A stretch of DNA of 64,000 nucleotides from a virus: the IMG/VR virus record IMGVR_UViG_3300020248_000002; one strand, given 5' to 3'. The notes beneath the pieces were generated by a model. That model did not search any database. It saw only the letters and a list, made by a program, of their open reading frames with translations, and was not told the DNA's origin. Shown piece by piece: positions 42,401 through 51,225 of this stretch (positions within the stretch are counted from its first letter, which is position 1; each line of letters opens with the position of its first letter). The position numbers and the translations under genes were made by a program.

Positions 42401-43622
42401 CGGTGTTAAGTCTGAAGTCCCACCAACATTATTAGATTCTGCATATCATACAAATGGTATTACAGCAAGTGATGGTGTAACAGGTTCATTCCAATTACAC
42501 GTTATAGATGGTAGTGCATTCCATACTATTATTAATGGTGCTGTAGTAAGTACATCTAACAAAGGATTTATTCTTATTCGTGATCCAGAAATTCCTACTC
42601 AGCATTTTGAGATTATTGAATATACTGGTATTTCTGGTGACGGTAAGATCTTTACTTTACCATCTGGTTCTCGTGGACAAGCAGGAACTGCTGCATTAGC
42701 ACATAGTGCTAATAGTATTGTTGAATGTTATAACCTTGATGGTATTCCATTAACGGAAGTTAATAAATTACACACTGCTATTGGTGAACCTACTCTTGAT
42801 ACATATAAACTTGCGGTTACATCTGTTTCTACAGCAGGAATTGTAAGTGGTGGACACGAGATAGTTGCTACACAAAACATACAGTTTGATCAGGTTTATC
42901 CTCAAATTCAATCTACTGTATATCCAGAAACTGAAGTTGTACCTAGACTTAATGCAGTATCTGGTACATCAATCCAAGATGGTAATAATGTTACTGAAGC
43001 ATCATTTATTAATGATGGCATCTACTACGATATGATTGCTAATGAAGATAATTATCTTGATAAACCTAAGTTAGTTTGTTCACAAGTAAATGAAGATGCT
43101 AAACTTTCTGGTTCTAAGTCATTGAACGTTCAAATGGTAATGACAACATTCAATGCTAATATTTCACCTGTAATTGATACAGATCGTTGTTCTTTAATTA
43201 CAACTATGAACAGGGTTAATGACCTTGCGATTGGTAGTAATGATGCAGAGAAACCTACTGGTGATCTTGATACAGCGGTTTATGTAACTAAAGTGATGAA
43301 CCTACTGAATCCTGCTAACTCATTGAAAGTTAGGTTTGAAGGATGGAGACATCCTAGCACAGAAATTAAGGTTATGTATAAGATTCTCCCTGTTGGAACA
43401 TCAATCCCAATGAGTGAAATAGGATATACATACTTTAATGGTAATGGTCTTGAAGATAAATCAATCCAAAAGACTGAGAGTCTTCTTTACAGAGACTTTG
43501 AGTACACCTTTGAGGGAACTGAATTTACCATAGCACAGGTTAAAATTATTCTTACTTCGTCTAACCAGTGCTTTGTACCACAAGTTAAAAACCTTAGAGT
43601 CCTTGCATTAAGCGATTTATAA
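36429..43622 (+). CDS. VrlC-like / DUF4815 large virion structural protein (2397 aa)
   Basis: NLNISPYYDDF...FYKVLFRPG.PIQARELTTLQS; APGAHR; ARRTFDESGDY; RFTMRDIG.IEKR...LEYYTSL; DPLAQSF; LFKSQNASTW. Confidence 0.85.
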   Translation: MPQNTNLNISPYYDDFSSDNNFYKVLFRPGYPIQARELTTLQSLMQNQVESMGTHMFKDGAMVIPGQIGYDLDAKAVLLQASFLGTNVELYRSQLEGRIVTGLTTGIKAKVIFSISATESERGYITLYLKYITSGGTDSNTRTFTANEQLVCDAELTFGSTLIEVGTPFAQLLPTTATAVGSTATVANGVYFIRGYFVDVNEQTIILDQYTNNPSYRVGLEIFESIVTPEDDPSLNDNATGTSNYSAPGAHRFRIRCSLTKKVIDDDTDKNFVELLRINNANVESFVDRTPYNEIARELARRTFDESGDYTVRAFDLRVREHQNDGENNGVYLPGSTSRGNVASSPAYYALEVSPGKAYVRGFEIETLAPTFVDIAKPRETKALQNSIIPFELGNYMLMNNVKGSPIINGNNISSNYQVLEFRDTAPGGSLTASGEVIAYARCAAYEYHNGTTVTSSSTVFKTYIFDIQPLTTVQMSQAVTAGQGAVIRGRTSRAKAFVVDAVSGQTLFKVYQVFGTFRAGEVIEKDGVEIGTMDANFAFQITDAKGVTGKDPDTNAIIFAGDLVLDNETTISGVNFNINNTTITGTSSNFALDLRPGDVLTPNGTDTYTIDRIYPIGGGTITSPITNSLTAAGTASGLSNGDYSFMVRRRAQVYDKETADLLIEMPKDSIKSITDESAIVARTFDDITVTGSNDFTISLPADEQFLAYDKDHYALVELAPTAGTLIDIEPNLTFNSTGTPRTSLTVSGLTGITSCRLITSVSKNQAEKKLKNATEMEVMKIEKTNISSDAPKYGLAYGSLYGTRIEDEEISLGSSDVYKVHAVYESLDDNSAKVPFITMQDATIFQKGTIIEGVTSKAKARVVNFNSVSYVCHFVYENDKFFQLGESVTGFNANNVVITGIINDADGSIDDGSKNITSSFFLDTNQQGHYYDISKLVRFAQSTKPLRKLKVVFNRFVHEATGDYFAAESYVGVDYDDIPAFHQDGVSKQLRDVLDFRPGVTPVLSGSGTVGSPYFVNCASLDFKDRSFASGGVSNNATIIDIPKPESDFRCDYDFYLGRVDKVFLTDQQEFKVVTGISGEQQEIPANIDNAMLLATMFHKPYGYSPADVSIARENNRRFTMRDIGAIEKRVDQLEYYTSLNMLELETNTLPIKDSDGFDKFKNGFLVDNFTSFDSADTTHEDFGVSLDFQEGVLRPSHYTTNVSLEFSTTQSTGVTLHETGTVTRPYTETRFIVQPYASRVENVNPFNVFAYIGRLDLFPSSDDWVDTRRAPDQVVNIEGDFNATLLRLGADANSGFAPTQWNAWRTNWSATTTASNTVFMRGPGIRFITTTTTNTTSSQTRSGLRTRVVPRIDRQSLGDRVIERTIVPFIRSRNIAFKIQRLKPNTRFYSFIDNVDVNFYTSPKLLEVIKNTVEDIRTNDTPFVVGETVVGQTSGCRLKLVDANDGFTDGLSPYDQSELPSSYASTTPYLNIDTRTMSDTVMGSFYGNPLEGEILVGATSGARAVVKPKRMVSNTNGDMEGIMWIPNPAVSTNPRFATGTRVIRMTTSPTDSRVPGEVDSAAQHNYVASGVIETQQQTILAVRNADLVRDTVSQDRTVNTTTTSVRDTGWYDPLAQSFLVESKGGAFLTSIDLYFRTRDERIPVSVQIREMANGYPTTKVLAFSDVTLLPSDINLSENGTIATKFTFPSPVYVTENRDYCAVVLSDSNEYKLWISRMGEDDVTSDRTISEQPYAGVLFKSQNASTWTADQYEDLKFVLYKAQFDTSGSGLAWFNNAELAEGNFGISRLRLDAIETTKPEIKVILADHVANFTIGAEITQTDVSPAPSAIVREVVQGVQGSSNAYLILDDVVGTFREGVASGASYIYRLVSSRSTGTITLTGVAGTFATGTAITNGTGASAMVTDWNAGTGVVTVKSITGTFADGDAITQVINSATTGSGTIGTSGTSFGGDDINDYPSAPISYFNQATEIKVRHANHCMHDGANSVQLSGVKSEVPPTLLDSAYHTNGITASDGVTGSFQLHVIDGSAFHTIINGAVVSTSNKGFILIRDPEIPTQHFEIIEYTGISGDGKIFTLPSGSRGQAGTAALAHSANSIVECYNLDGIPLTEVNKLHTAIGEPTLDTYKLAVTSVSTAGIVSGGHEIVATQNIQFDQVYPQIQSTVYPETEVVPRLNAVSGTSIQDGNNVTEASFINDGIYYDMIANEDNYLDKPKLVCSQVNEDAKLSGSKSLNVQMVMTTFNANISPVIDTDRCSLITTMNRVNDLAIGSNDAEKPTGDLDTAVYVTKVMNLLNPANSLKVRFEGWRHPSTEIKVMYKILPVGTSIPMSEIGYTYFNGNGLEDKSIQKTESLLYRDFEYTFEGTEFTIAQVKIILTSSNQCFVPQVKNLRVLALSDL

Positions 43623-43843
43623 TGAAACCAAGATACCAAGAGGTTAGAGGACACCCTAATTTAGTTCGAGATACCTCTTCTGGTGCTGTGCTAAATATTA
43701 ATGCAACTAGCGGTAGTGCAGCAAAAAAACGTAAGAAAAAAGAGAAGGAAGTTTCCGACTTACAAACTGACGTTTCTGTGCTAAAATCTGAATTGACCGA
43801 GATCAAATCTCTACTAAAATCATTCCTGGAGAAACAACAATGA
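43622..43843 (+). CDS. Small conserved protein with C-terminal coiled coil
   Basis: V.GHPNLVRD..SGAVLN; LKSEL.EIKSLL. Confidence 0.75.
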   Translation: MKPRYQEVRGHPNLVRDTSSGAVLNINATSGSAAKKRKKKEKEVSDLQTDVSVLKSELTEIKSLLKSFLEKQQ

Positions 43844-44043
43844 CTGTAGACACACCTGAGACAATGGACGAGAAAGAACTTCTCGACGATTTTAAAAGCA
43901 GGTACACAAAACTACGTGATGAAAACCAACAACTCGTAGCAAAGGTAAAAGAAAATGAGACTCAAATGCTCAAATTACAAGGTGCTATTGAGACTCTAGA
44001 ATACCTAAAAACTAATACGGTAGACGAAGTAATTGCAGAATAA
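43840..44043 (+). CDS. Small coiled-coil protein
   Basis: LKLQGAIETLEYL motif; ATGA overlap. Confidence 0.75.
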   Translation: MTVDTPETMDEKELLDDFKSRYTKLRDENQQLVAKVKENETQMLKLQGAIETLEYLKTNTVDEVIAE

Positions 44044-44048
44044 TCGTT

Positions 44049-44074
44049 AGGGACCGTCGGTCCCTTTCTATTTT
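44049..44074 (+). terminator. Rho-independent terminator
   Basis: AGGGACC-GTC-GGTCCCT perfect 7-bp stem followed by TTCTATTTT, 5 nt after the stop. Confidence 0.75.
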
Positions 44075-44077
44075 GCT

Positions 44078-44085
44078 TATAAATA
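44078..44085 (+). promoter_or_regulatory. T4 late promoter (TATAAATA)
   Basis: Perfect consensus just after the terminator, upstream of the fibre gene. Confidence 0.85.
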
Positions 44086-44115
44086 TCAAAGAGGCGATAG
44101 TGTCCTTAATAAACA

Positions 44116-47100
44116 ATGGCAAATAGACTCCAATTAAGACGTGATGGTGCTCAACAGTGGGCAAACATCAACCCTATACTTGCTCAAGGTGAACTGGGAA
44201 TCGAGATCGATACTTCACGTATCAAGATCGGAGACGGTGTTACACCTTGGAACTCTCTGCGTTATGAGAGACCGATAGAAACTGAATCAAATGCTGCTAA
44301 CACTCTTGTTAAACGAGATGCTGACGGTAACTTTGAAGCGGGTGCTATTAGTGCGACTTTAATTGGAAATGCTTCTACTTCTACGAGACTTGCATCTGCA
44401 AGACAAATTCAGTTAACTGGTTCTATAACTGGATCTGGATCTTTTGACGGTTCGTCAAACTTGAACCTTGCCACAAACTTAGAATTAGTTACATCTCTTC
44501 CACATTATAATCCTAATGATCCTGATGCAACTGCTCTATATTCTAGAGTTCAAGTTGACTCAAGAGGTAGGGTTGTTGGTGCTAGTTTGGCATCTACTCT
44601 TGCAGAGTATGGTATTACTGACGCACAAGGATTAGATAGTGACTTAACAGCATTAGCAAACTTAACTACCTTTGGTTTATTAACTAGAACTGCTACAGGA
44701 CAGATTACAACTAGAAACCTAACTGGTGGTGCAGGTAGAGTTATATTTACTACACCTGATGGTGTAGCATCCAACCCATTTATTGACCTTGCTGATACTG
44801 CGGTTGTTGTGGGTTCATATAACGTTGAATCATTAACATCTGTATCTACTAACGGTGCTAATGGTGAACCATTCGGAACAGAAACTGTAAACGCATCTAA
44901 GTTTTCCGTTGATAGATATGGAAGAATTACACAAGCAACCAATGTACCGATTGCCACTGCAACTGAAGGTTCAAAGTATGCAACCTATAATGCAGGTTCA
45001 ACATATAATAGATACGATATTATTGAGAATGCAAGCAAAGTATATCAGGCGATAACAAATATTGGTGCAGGACAAGGAGCACCTACTCATACAAGTGGTG
45101 ATGTAAGTAATTGGAGATACCTCGCTGCTGCTGCTACAGAACAAAAAGGTTTAGCATCATTTGCTCAAGAAGATTTTGATGTAGATGCAAATGGTCACGT
45201 TACTATTGCACCACTTGCAGTTGATAACACTCAGATGCAAAACACTAGAGTGGGATTTGCTGATGGTAATAATATAGAAACTTTTGAGTTAGATCAAGAA
45301 TTAACAGCGACAACTGGATATAGAGGATTTAATTATCTTAATTATGTTACTGTAAATGATACCAGTGGAAACTTATTATTTACTGCTAACAATGTAGATA
45401 ATACTGGTGCAGGTGGAGTAGACATTAACGTTGATACTCATATTAGTGGTGCACTTATAAAACTTGACAGACCTGGAAACACACCTCTACAAACAATAGA
45501 ACGTTCAGCAGGTTCTCTTTTAATTCATCATAACGTAAACTCTTCTGTAAATAGAACTCTTGACATTACCTCAAATAATGCAGGATCAGGAACAGCAAAG
45601 ATAAACGTAACATCAGATGATGGTATTGTTATCACAGCAACTAATGTTGCTTCAAAAGTTCAAGTAGAAGATTTCTACTTACAGCAGAATACTATCGGAA
45701 CCAGTGATGCCACTATGGTATTAGATCCAGGTGACGATGATGCTGCAACAGGTTTAGTACAAGTACGTGGTAATCTACAAGTAGACGGAACTACAACCAC
45801 AGTAAATAGTACAACAATATCGGTAGATGACCCCATCATTACTCTTGGTGGAGACACTGCCCCCGTTGCTGACGATAATAAAGATCGTGGTGTTGAGATT
45901 AAATACTACGATAGTCAGGCACGTGTTGGATTCTTTGGTTGGGATGAAGACTATACTAATGCAAATATCTGGACAGGCACAGGTGGGTATAGATTCCTTT
46001 ATAATGCAACTAATACTTCAGAAGTATTTTCTGGAACTGATGCTCCTTTAATAGCAGGTAACTTAGCACTTACAACTAATACAGGTTCTACATCAACAAC
46101 TACAGGTACTTTAGTAGTAACTGGTGGTTTCGGACTTTCCGAGAACGCACATATTGGTGGAACTGTTACTATTGCAGGTCAATCAGAAATCAACAATAAT
46201 GTAATTATCAAAGCAGATAATAAAGAGTTTGCAATACAAACTGCTGCGGGTGTAGATAAGTTTACTGTTGATACTGATAATGGCAATACTATTATTGAAG
46301 GTACATTAGATGTTCAGTTAGAAACTGAGATCACAGACAATCTAATTGTTACTGCCGATGCAAAAGAATTCAAAATACGCACTGCTAGTAATGTTGATAA
46401 GTTTACGGTTGACACTGATAACGGTAATACAGTTATCGAAGGAACACTCAACACGAAACAAGCAGTAGACTTTGATCAAACTCTAAATGTAGATGGTGAC
46501 GTTACTCTTAATGCAACACTTGATGTTGATGACGATGTAACTCTTCATAATGACTTCTTAATGGATACTACTGGTAAGACATTTACTCTTACTAATGGTA
46601 GTACACAAAAATTTCAAATCAGTACCACAAATGGTAATACAGATATAGAAGGAACTCTAAATTTAGGTAACTTCTTCCATCACGAGGATACTGACACACC
46701 AACTATAGGTACTAATGCTCAAGACGATTTCATCATATCTAGTGGAGATTACGGGTCTTTCCGTTTTGATGGTGGTGGTTACATTGAAGGTGACACTCTG
46801 TTTAACTCAGATCTATACATTAATGGTGCTATTAACCAAAAAGACTTAGGAACAACAGAAACATTCAGTACACAAAACTACTTACGTGTAAGATATAAAT
46901 TACGTGCAGGATCAACAGTTGCTTATACACCTTCATACGCTACAGATAATAATTCAAACTTAAGAGTTTATGGTGGTGCAGGTATCGCTACTGACCTTCA
47001 TATTGGTGATGACCTCTATATCGGTAAACTTAACTCTGGAGATACAACAGAATTTACAGTTCTTGGAGAATCTGGTAATACAACAATAGGTAGAACTGGA

Positions 47101-50100
47101 CAAGGTTCAGCAACAGCAGGAACACTTACCGTCCACGGAGATGTTACTTTAAATAGAGACGTTACTTTAAATGGTGCACAGAATACCATTGGTGACGCAT
47201 CTGGTGACGCATTAACAGTAAATGCTACTACTCAATTCACAGCCCCAGTTACCCTGAGTTCAGGACAAGATCTTAATGTTGGTGGTAATGCCATAGTTGA
47301 TGGTAACTTAACAGTTCACGGTAGCACAACTACAGTAAACAGTACTACTATTACTGTGGACGATCCTATCATTACATTAGGTGGTGATACTGCTCCTGGT
47401 TCTGATGACGCAAAAGATCGTGGTGTAGAGTTCCGATATTACGATTCATCTGCTAAAATAGGATTCTTCGGGTGGGACGATTCAGCACTTAGGTTTGCTT
47501 TCTATCACAATGCAACTAATAGTTCTGAAGTATTTACTGGTACTAGATCTGGTTTAGACGCAGGTTCCATCAAATTATTTGATACTACAAATGCAACGAA
47601 TTCTTCTACAGGTGCTCTCATTGTTGGTGGTGGTGCGGGTATTGGACTTGATCTATATGTCGGTGACGACCTCACAGTCAATGACGATGGATCGTTTGGT
47701 GGAAATGTCAGCATTGATGGCACGCTCGATGTAACAAATGACTTTAGAGTCAACACAAATAAATTTACAGTTGCTAATGCTACAGGTAATACATTAGTTG
47801 CAGGAACATTTAGAGCAGACGGAGTATCTACTTTAAATTCATCTGTAAATATTGTTGGAGCAAGTTCTAATCTAAGCGTTGGTGGTACTTTGGGTGTCAC
47901 AAGCAATACAACCCTCTCAGGGACGCTTGGAGTGACGTTAGGAACGACATTAGGTAATACCTTGGATGTATCAGGTGCTACCAATGTTACTAATACTTTA
48001 GGTGTAACTGGAGTAACAACTCTTACAAATGCTACTAATGCAACTCTTGGTGGAACTTGGTCATCTAGTGGTGCGTTAAGAGTATCCGCAGGTGGTGCAA
48101 CTATCTCAGGTAATACTGGTATTGGTGGAAACTTAAAGGTATATACAAACAGTACATTAGATGGAACTCTTGGTGTTGGTGGTATCGTAACATTCGATGA
48201 GAAACTAAGAGCAAATTCTACTGCACAGGCAACCGCTGCAAACAATAACGGTGCTGCAATATTTACAGCAGGTGGTTTAGCAGTTACTAAGAAGGCATAT
48301 ATTGGAGATGACTTTGATATTGGTGGAGGTAACTTTACTGTAGACGGACCTACAGGTAACACAGTTGTTGGTGGAACACTTGATGTAACAGGTGGAACAA
48401 CAACTATATCCTCACTGATTGCTACTTCTACAGCAAACTTACAGTCAACCTTAAACGTTGGTGGTTCATTTAACATCAACACTAATAAATTTAACGTTGC
48501 AGGTCCAAGTGGTAATACTGATATTGCAGGTACACTTGATGTAGTAGGTGGAGTTGACTTAGATTCAACTTTAAATGTAGATGGTAACGCAGACTTTAAT
48601 TCTGGTATAGATGTAACATCAGGTAATGCTACATTCGCAGGTCTTGTACAAGCAAATAACGTAACAGATTCTTCTGCATATAATGACTCTGCTGCTTCTG
48701 TACATACAGATGGTGGTTTATCAGTTAAGAAGAAAGCATTTGTTGGTGATGATTTATCAGTAGGTGGAGCAGCAGGAGTTAAATTTATTGTTGATGGACC
48801 TACAGGTAACACTGATATTACTGGAACTCTTAATGTTCAAGATGGTGTAACTTTACAAAGCACACTTGGAGTTACAGGTCAGATTACTGGTAACGTAACA
48901 GGTGACTTGACTGGTAATGCTGATACTGCATCTCTAGTTGATGTAACAAATACCACAGGTTCTAACCTTACATTCTTCCCAACATTTGTTTCTGCTACAA
49001 CTGGAAACACTGAAATAAGAACTGACTCAGATAACTTTAAATATGTTCCTAGTACAAACACTTTATCTGTAAGTAACTTTGTTTGTTCTACAAACTTTGA
49101 GATTCAAGGTAACTTAAACATCACTGGAACTATCACGTTCCAACAGTCACAGGTTGGTAGTATTGCTAACCACGACACAGATGCTCTTACTGAAGGATCT
49201 ACAAACCTATATTTCACTGATGAGAGAGTTGATGATCGTGTTGCTGCATTGATCACAGGTGGTACTGGTATTTCTGCTACTTACGATGATGCAGGTAACT
49301 TACTAACTCTATCTGCTGACTTTGGTGAGTTTGACACAGATAGTATTGTAGAAGGATCTACAAATTTATTTACGACTGCTGCTAGAACAAGAACTCACTT
49401 TACATATGGAACTGGTATTGAACTAAGTGGAGCAGGTCAATTATCTGTAACACAGGCAGATATTAATACTGATAATGTAACTGAAGGATCAACTAACCTA
49501 TTCACTACTGCTGCCAGAACAAGATCACACTTTACATATGGCACAGGAATTACACACGATGGTTCTGGTGGTTTATCTGTTACTCAGGCAGACATCAATA
49601 CTGATAATATTACTGAGGGTTCAACAAATATATTCTATACCAATGCTAGGTTTGATACCCAGTTAGCAACTAAGGATACAGATGATATATCTGAAGGATC
49701 TAACCAGTACTTCACAACTGCACGTGCTCGTCAATCAATTCAAGCAACACAAAACATCACCTACAATAGTAGCACTGGTGTTATTACTGGACCTTCTCTT
49801 GCTACTGTTGCAGGAACTGGTGCTTATAGTGATTTGACTGGAACTCCATCTCTTGCTACTGTTGCAACATCTGGTGCTTACAGTGACTTGAGTGGTACAC
49901 CATCACTAGCAACTGTTGCTACATCAGGTGCTTACAGTGACTTGAGTGGACTACCTTCATTATTCTCTGGTAATTATAATGACTTAAGCAACAAACCTAC
50001 ATTAGGTACTGCTGCTGCAACTGCCTCATCTGATTATGCTACTGCTGCACAAGGTGTTAAAGCAGACTCTGCGTTACAGGCAGAAACGATTGATCTTGCA

Positions 50101-50169
50101 ACTCTTAAGACAACCGTTGCAAACTCAGCAACATTTGCTGCATTTAAAATAGCAATCGCTGCATTATGA
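44116..50169 (+). CDS. Long tail fibre protein (Mtd_N/hyaluronidase-type N-terminal domain)
   Basis: RLQLRRD....W...NPILAQGELGIE.DT..IKIGDG.T.WN.L; VDSRGRV/VDRYGRIT repeats; G/T/V-rich beta-helix repeats. Confidence 0.88.
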   Translation: MANRLQLRRDGAQQWANINPILAQGELGIEIDTSRIKIGDGVTPWNSLRYERPIETESNAANTLVKRDADGNFEAGAISATLIGNASTSTRLASARQIQLTGSITGSGSFDGSSNLNLATNLELVTSLPHYNPNDPDATALYSRVQVDSRGRVVGASLASTLAEYGITDAQGLDSDLTALANLTTFGLLTRTATGQITTRNLTGGAGRVIFTTPDGVASNPFIDLADTAVVVGSYNVESLTSVSTNGANGEPFGTETVNASKFSVDRYGRITQATNVPIATATEGSKYATYNAGSTYNRYDIIENASKVYQAITNIGAGQGAPTHTSGDVSNWRYLAAAATEQKGLASFAQEDFDVDANGHVTIAPLAVDNTQMQNTRVGFADGNNIETFELDQELTATTGYRGFNYLNYVTVNDTSGNLLFTANNVDNTGAGGVDINVDTHISGALIKLDRPGNTPLQTIERSAGSLLIHHNVNSSVNRTLDITSNNAGSGTAKINVTSDDGIVITATNVASKVQVEDFYLQQNTIGTSDATMVLDPGDDDAATGLVQVRGNLQVDGTTTTVNSTTISVDDPIITLGGDTAPVADDNKDRGVEIKYYDSQARVGFFGWDEDYTNANIWTGTGGYRFLYNATNTSEVFSGTDAPLIAGNLALTTNTGSTSTTTGTLVVTGGFGLSENAHIGGTVTIAGQSEINNNVIIKADNKEFAIQTAAGVDKFTVDTDNGNTIIEGTLDVQLETEITDNLIVTADAKEFKIRTASNVDKFTVDTDNGNTVIEGTLNTKQAVDFDQTLNVDGDVTLNATLDVDDDVTLHNDFLMDTTGKTFTLTNGSTQKFQISTTNGNTDIEGTLNLGNFFHHEDTDTPTIGTNAQDDFIISSGDYGSFRFDGGGYIEGDTLFNSDLYINGAINQKDLGTTETFSTQNYLRVRYKLRAGSTVAYTPSYATDNNSNLRVYGGAGIATDLHIGDDLYIGKLNSGDTTEFTVLGESGNTTIGRTGQGSATAGTLTVHGDVTLNRDVTLNGAQNTIGDASGDALTVNATTQFTAPVTLSSGQDLNVGGNAIVDGNLTVHGSTTTVNSTTITVDDPIITLGGDTAPGSDDAKDRGVEFRYYDSSAKIGFFGWDDSALRFAFYHNATNSSEVFTGTRSGLDAGSIKLFDTTNATNSSTGALIVGGGAGIGLDLYVGDDLTVNDDGSFGGNVSIDGTLDVTNDFRVNTNKFTVANATGNTLVAGTFRADGVSTLNSSVNIVGASSNLSVGGTLGVTSNTTLSGTLGVTLGTTLGNTLDVSGATNVTNTLGVTGVTTLTNATNATLGGTWSSSGALRVSAGGATISGNTGIGGNLKVYTNSTLDGTLGVGGIVTFDEKLRANSTAQATAANNNGAAIFTAGGLAVTKKAYIGDDFDIGGGNFTVDGPTGNTVVGGTLDVTGGTTTISSLIATSTANLQSTLNVGGSFNINTNKFNVAGPSGNTDIAGTLDVVGGVDLDSTLNVDGNADFNSGIDVTSGNATFAGLVQANNVTDSSAYNDSAASVHTDGGLSVKKKAFVGDDLSVGGAAGVKFIVDGPTGNTDITGTLNVQDGVTLQSTLGVTGQITGNVTGDLTGNADTASLVDVTNTTGSNLTFFPTFVSATTGNTEIRTDSDNFKYVPSTNTLSVSNFVCSTNFEIQGNLNITGTITFQQSQVGSIANHDTDALTEGSTNLYFTDERVDDRVAALITGGTGISATYDDAGNLLTLSADFGEFDTDSIVEGSTNLFTTAARTRTHFTYGTGIELSGAGQLSVTQADINTDNVTEGSTNLFTTAARTRSHFTYGTGITHDGSGGLSVTQADINTDNITEGSTNIFYTNARFDTQLATKDTDDISEGSNQYFTTARARQSIQATQNITYNSSTGVITGPSLATVAGTGAYSDLTGTPSLATVATSGAYSDLSGTPSLATVATSGAYSDLSGLPSLFSGNYNDLSNKPTLGTAAATASSDYATAAQGVKADSALQAETIDLATLKTTVANSATFAAFKIAIAAL
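49174..49731 (+). repeat. TD-x3-EGS-x-N-x-(F/Y)-x-T repeats, five copies; three spaced exactly 132 nt
   Basis: Copies near 49189, 49348, 49480, 49612, 49690. Confidence 0.85.
49792..50004 (+). repeat. 54-nt (18-aa) tandem repeat PSLATVATSGAYSDLSGT x3 plus a degenerate fourth copy
   Basis: CTTGCTACTGTTGCA at 49798 and 49852; third copy near 49906. Confidence 0.9.
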
Positions 50170-50429
50170 TTTTCTTCTCTTTTATCATTTCATTATTTGC
50201 AAATCACTTACCAGTGATGTATGTGCAAGTACCTCAGTGGGCAGACGATTGGGCAGTGTGTGCTGTTGATATACCTGACGCTAAATGTCATTGGTATGTT
50301 ATGGCACCCGACAATACTTTTGGTGAAGGATTTGACTGGGAGACTGCTCCTTGGTTCGATGCTAATGGATTAAATGATGTCGCTCCTATGCAAAAGGAGA
50401 CTGTAATGGTTAAGTTACAAAACAACTAA
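50166..50429 (+). CDS. Small Trp-rich hypothetical protein with hydrophobic N-terminus
   Basis: 87 aa; ATGA overlap with the fibre stop. Confidence 0.7.
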   Translation: MIFFSFIISLFANHLPVMYVQVPQWADDWAVCAVDIPDAKCHWYVMAPDNTFGEGFDWETAPWFDANGLNDVAPMQKETVMVKLQNN

Positions 50430-50430
50430 T

Positions 50431-51225
50431 ATGGCAACTCCAACCTCTAAAGCAACACTAAAAGAATACGCACTTCGCAGATTAGGTAAACCTGTATTAG
50501 AAGTCAACGTTTCTGATGATCAAATAGATGATGCTATCGATTACACTATCGAGAAGTTTCACATTTATCATTACGGTGGTTCAGAAAAAGTTTACCTAAA
50601 GCATCAAATGACTGCTGCTGAAGTCGCTGCATTTCAAGCAGACACTACAGAAACTGTAGGTAGTACAGAATTTAAGACGCAAAATAATTTTTTAACTTTA
50701 CCTGATTTTATAACGTCTGTTAATGGTATCTTTACTTTCCAAGACAAAGGTACTGCAAATATGTTTGACATTCGTTATCAGTTAAGATTGAATGATCTGT
50801 TTGATTTTACATCAACACAGTTTTATCATTACTATATGATTCAGACACATCTTGAGACAATAAATTTCTTATTAGAAGGAATGAAACCTACAAGATTTAC
50901 TCATACATCTGGTCGTTTATATATTGACTTTGACACTAATACTGATGTTCGTGAAGGTGAGTATATTGTTATTGATTGTGTTCGTGCATTAGATCCAGTT
51001 AACTTTACAAAAATCTATAATGAGATGTGGGTTAAGGATTATGCTACATCTTTGATTAAAAAATATTGGGGAACAAATTTAACTAAGTTCCAAAACGTTC
51101 AACTCCCTGGTGGTGTTACTCTAAATGGTGAGAAAATTTATAGTGATGCTGTAGAGGAACTAGAAAAACTAGATGAGCAGTTAAGAACCACATATGAAAC
51201 ACCACCTATGGATATGATAGGATAA
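50431..51225 (+). CDS. gp13: Neck protein gp13
   Basis: LKEYALRRLGKPVLEVNV..DQI.D.ID; WVKDYA...IK..WG.NL.KF..VQLPGGVTLNG. Confidence 0.95.
   Translation: MATPTSKATLKEYALRRLGKPVLEVNVSDDQIDDAIDYTIEKFHIYHYGGSEKVYLKHQMTAAEVAAFQADTTETVGSTEFKTQNNFLTLPDFITSVNGIFTFQDKGTANMFDIRYQLRLNDLFDFTSTQFYHYYMIQTHLETINFLLEGMKPTRFTHTSGRLYIDFDTNTDVREGEYIVIDCVRALDPVNFTKIYNEMWVKDYATSLIKKYWGTNLTKFQNVQLPGGVTLNGEKIYSDAVEELEKLDEQLRTTYETPPMDMIG

Noticed and set aside
47505-48812. 435-aa antisense ORF (also 31852-32463, 44550-44957 and other minus-strand ORFs)
   Set aside because: Mirror frames of G/T/V-rich fibre genes whose codon usage yields few antisense stops; no motifs or expression signals
49792-50004. Tandem repeats as a CRISPR array or DGR template/variable repeat
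   Set aside because: In-frame coding repeats with mostly synonymous differences, no spacers, no adenine-specific pattern and no reverse transcriptase in the window
44116-50169. HxH iron-binding motifs as in the T4 gp37 fibre tip
   Set aside because: No repeated HxH motifs in this fibre
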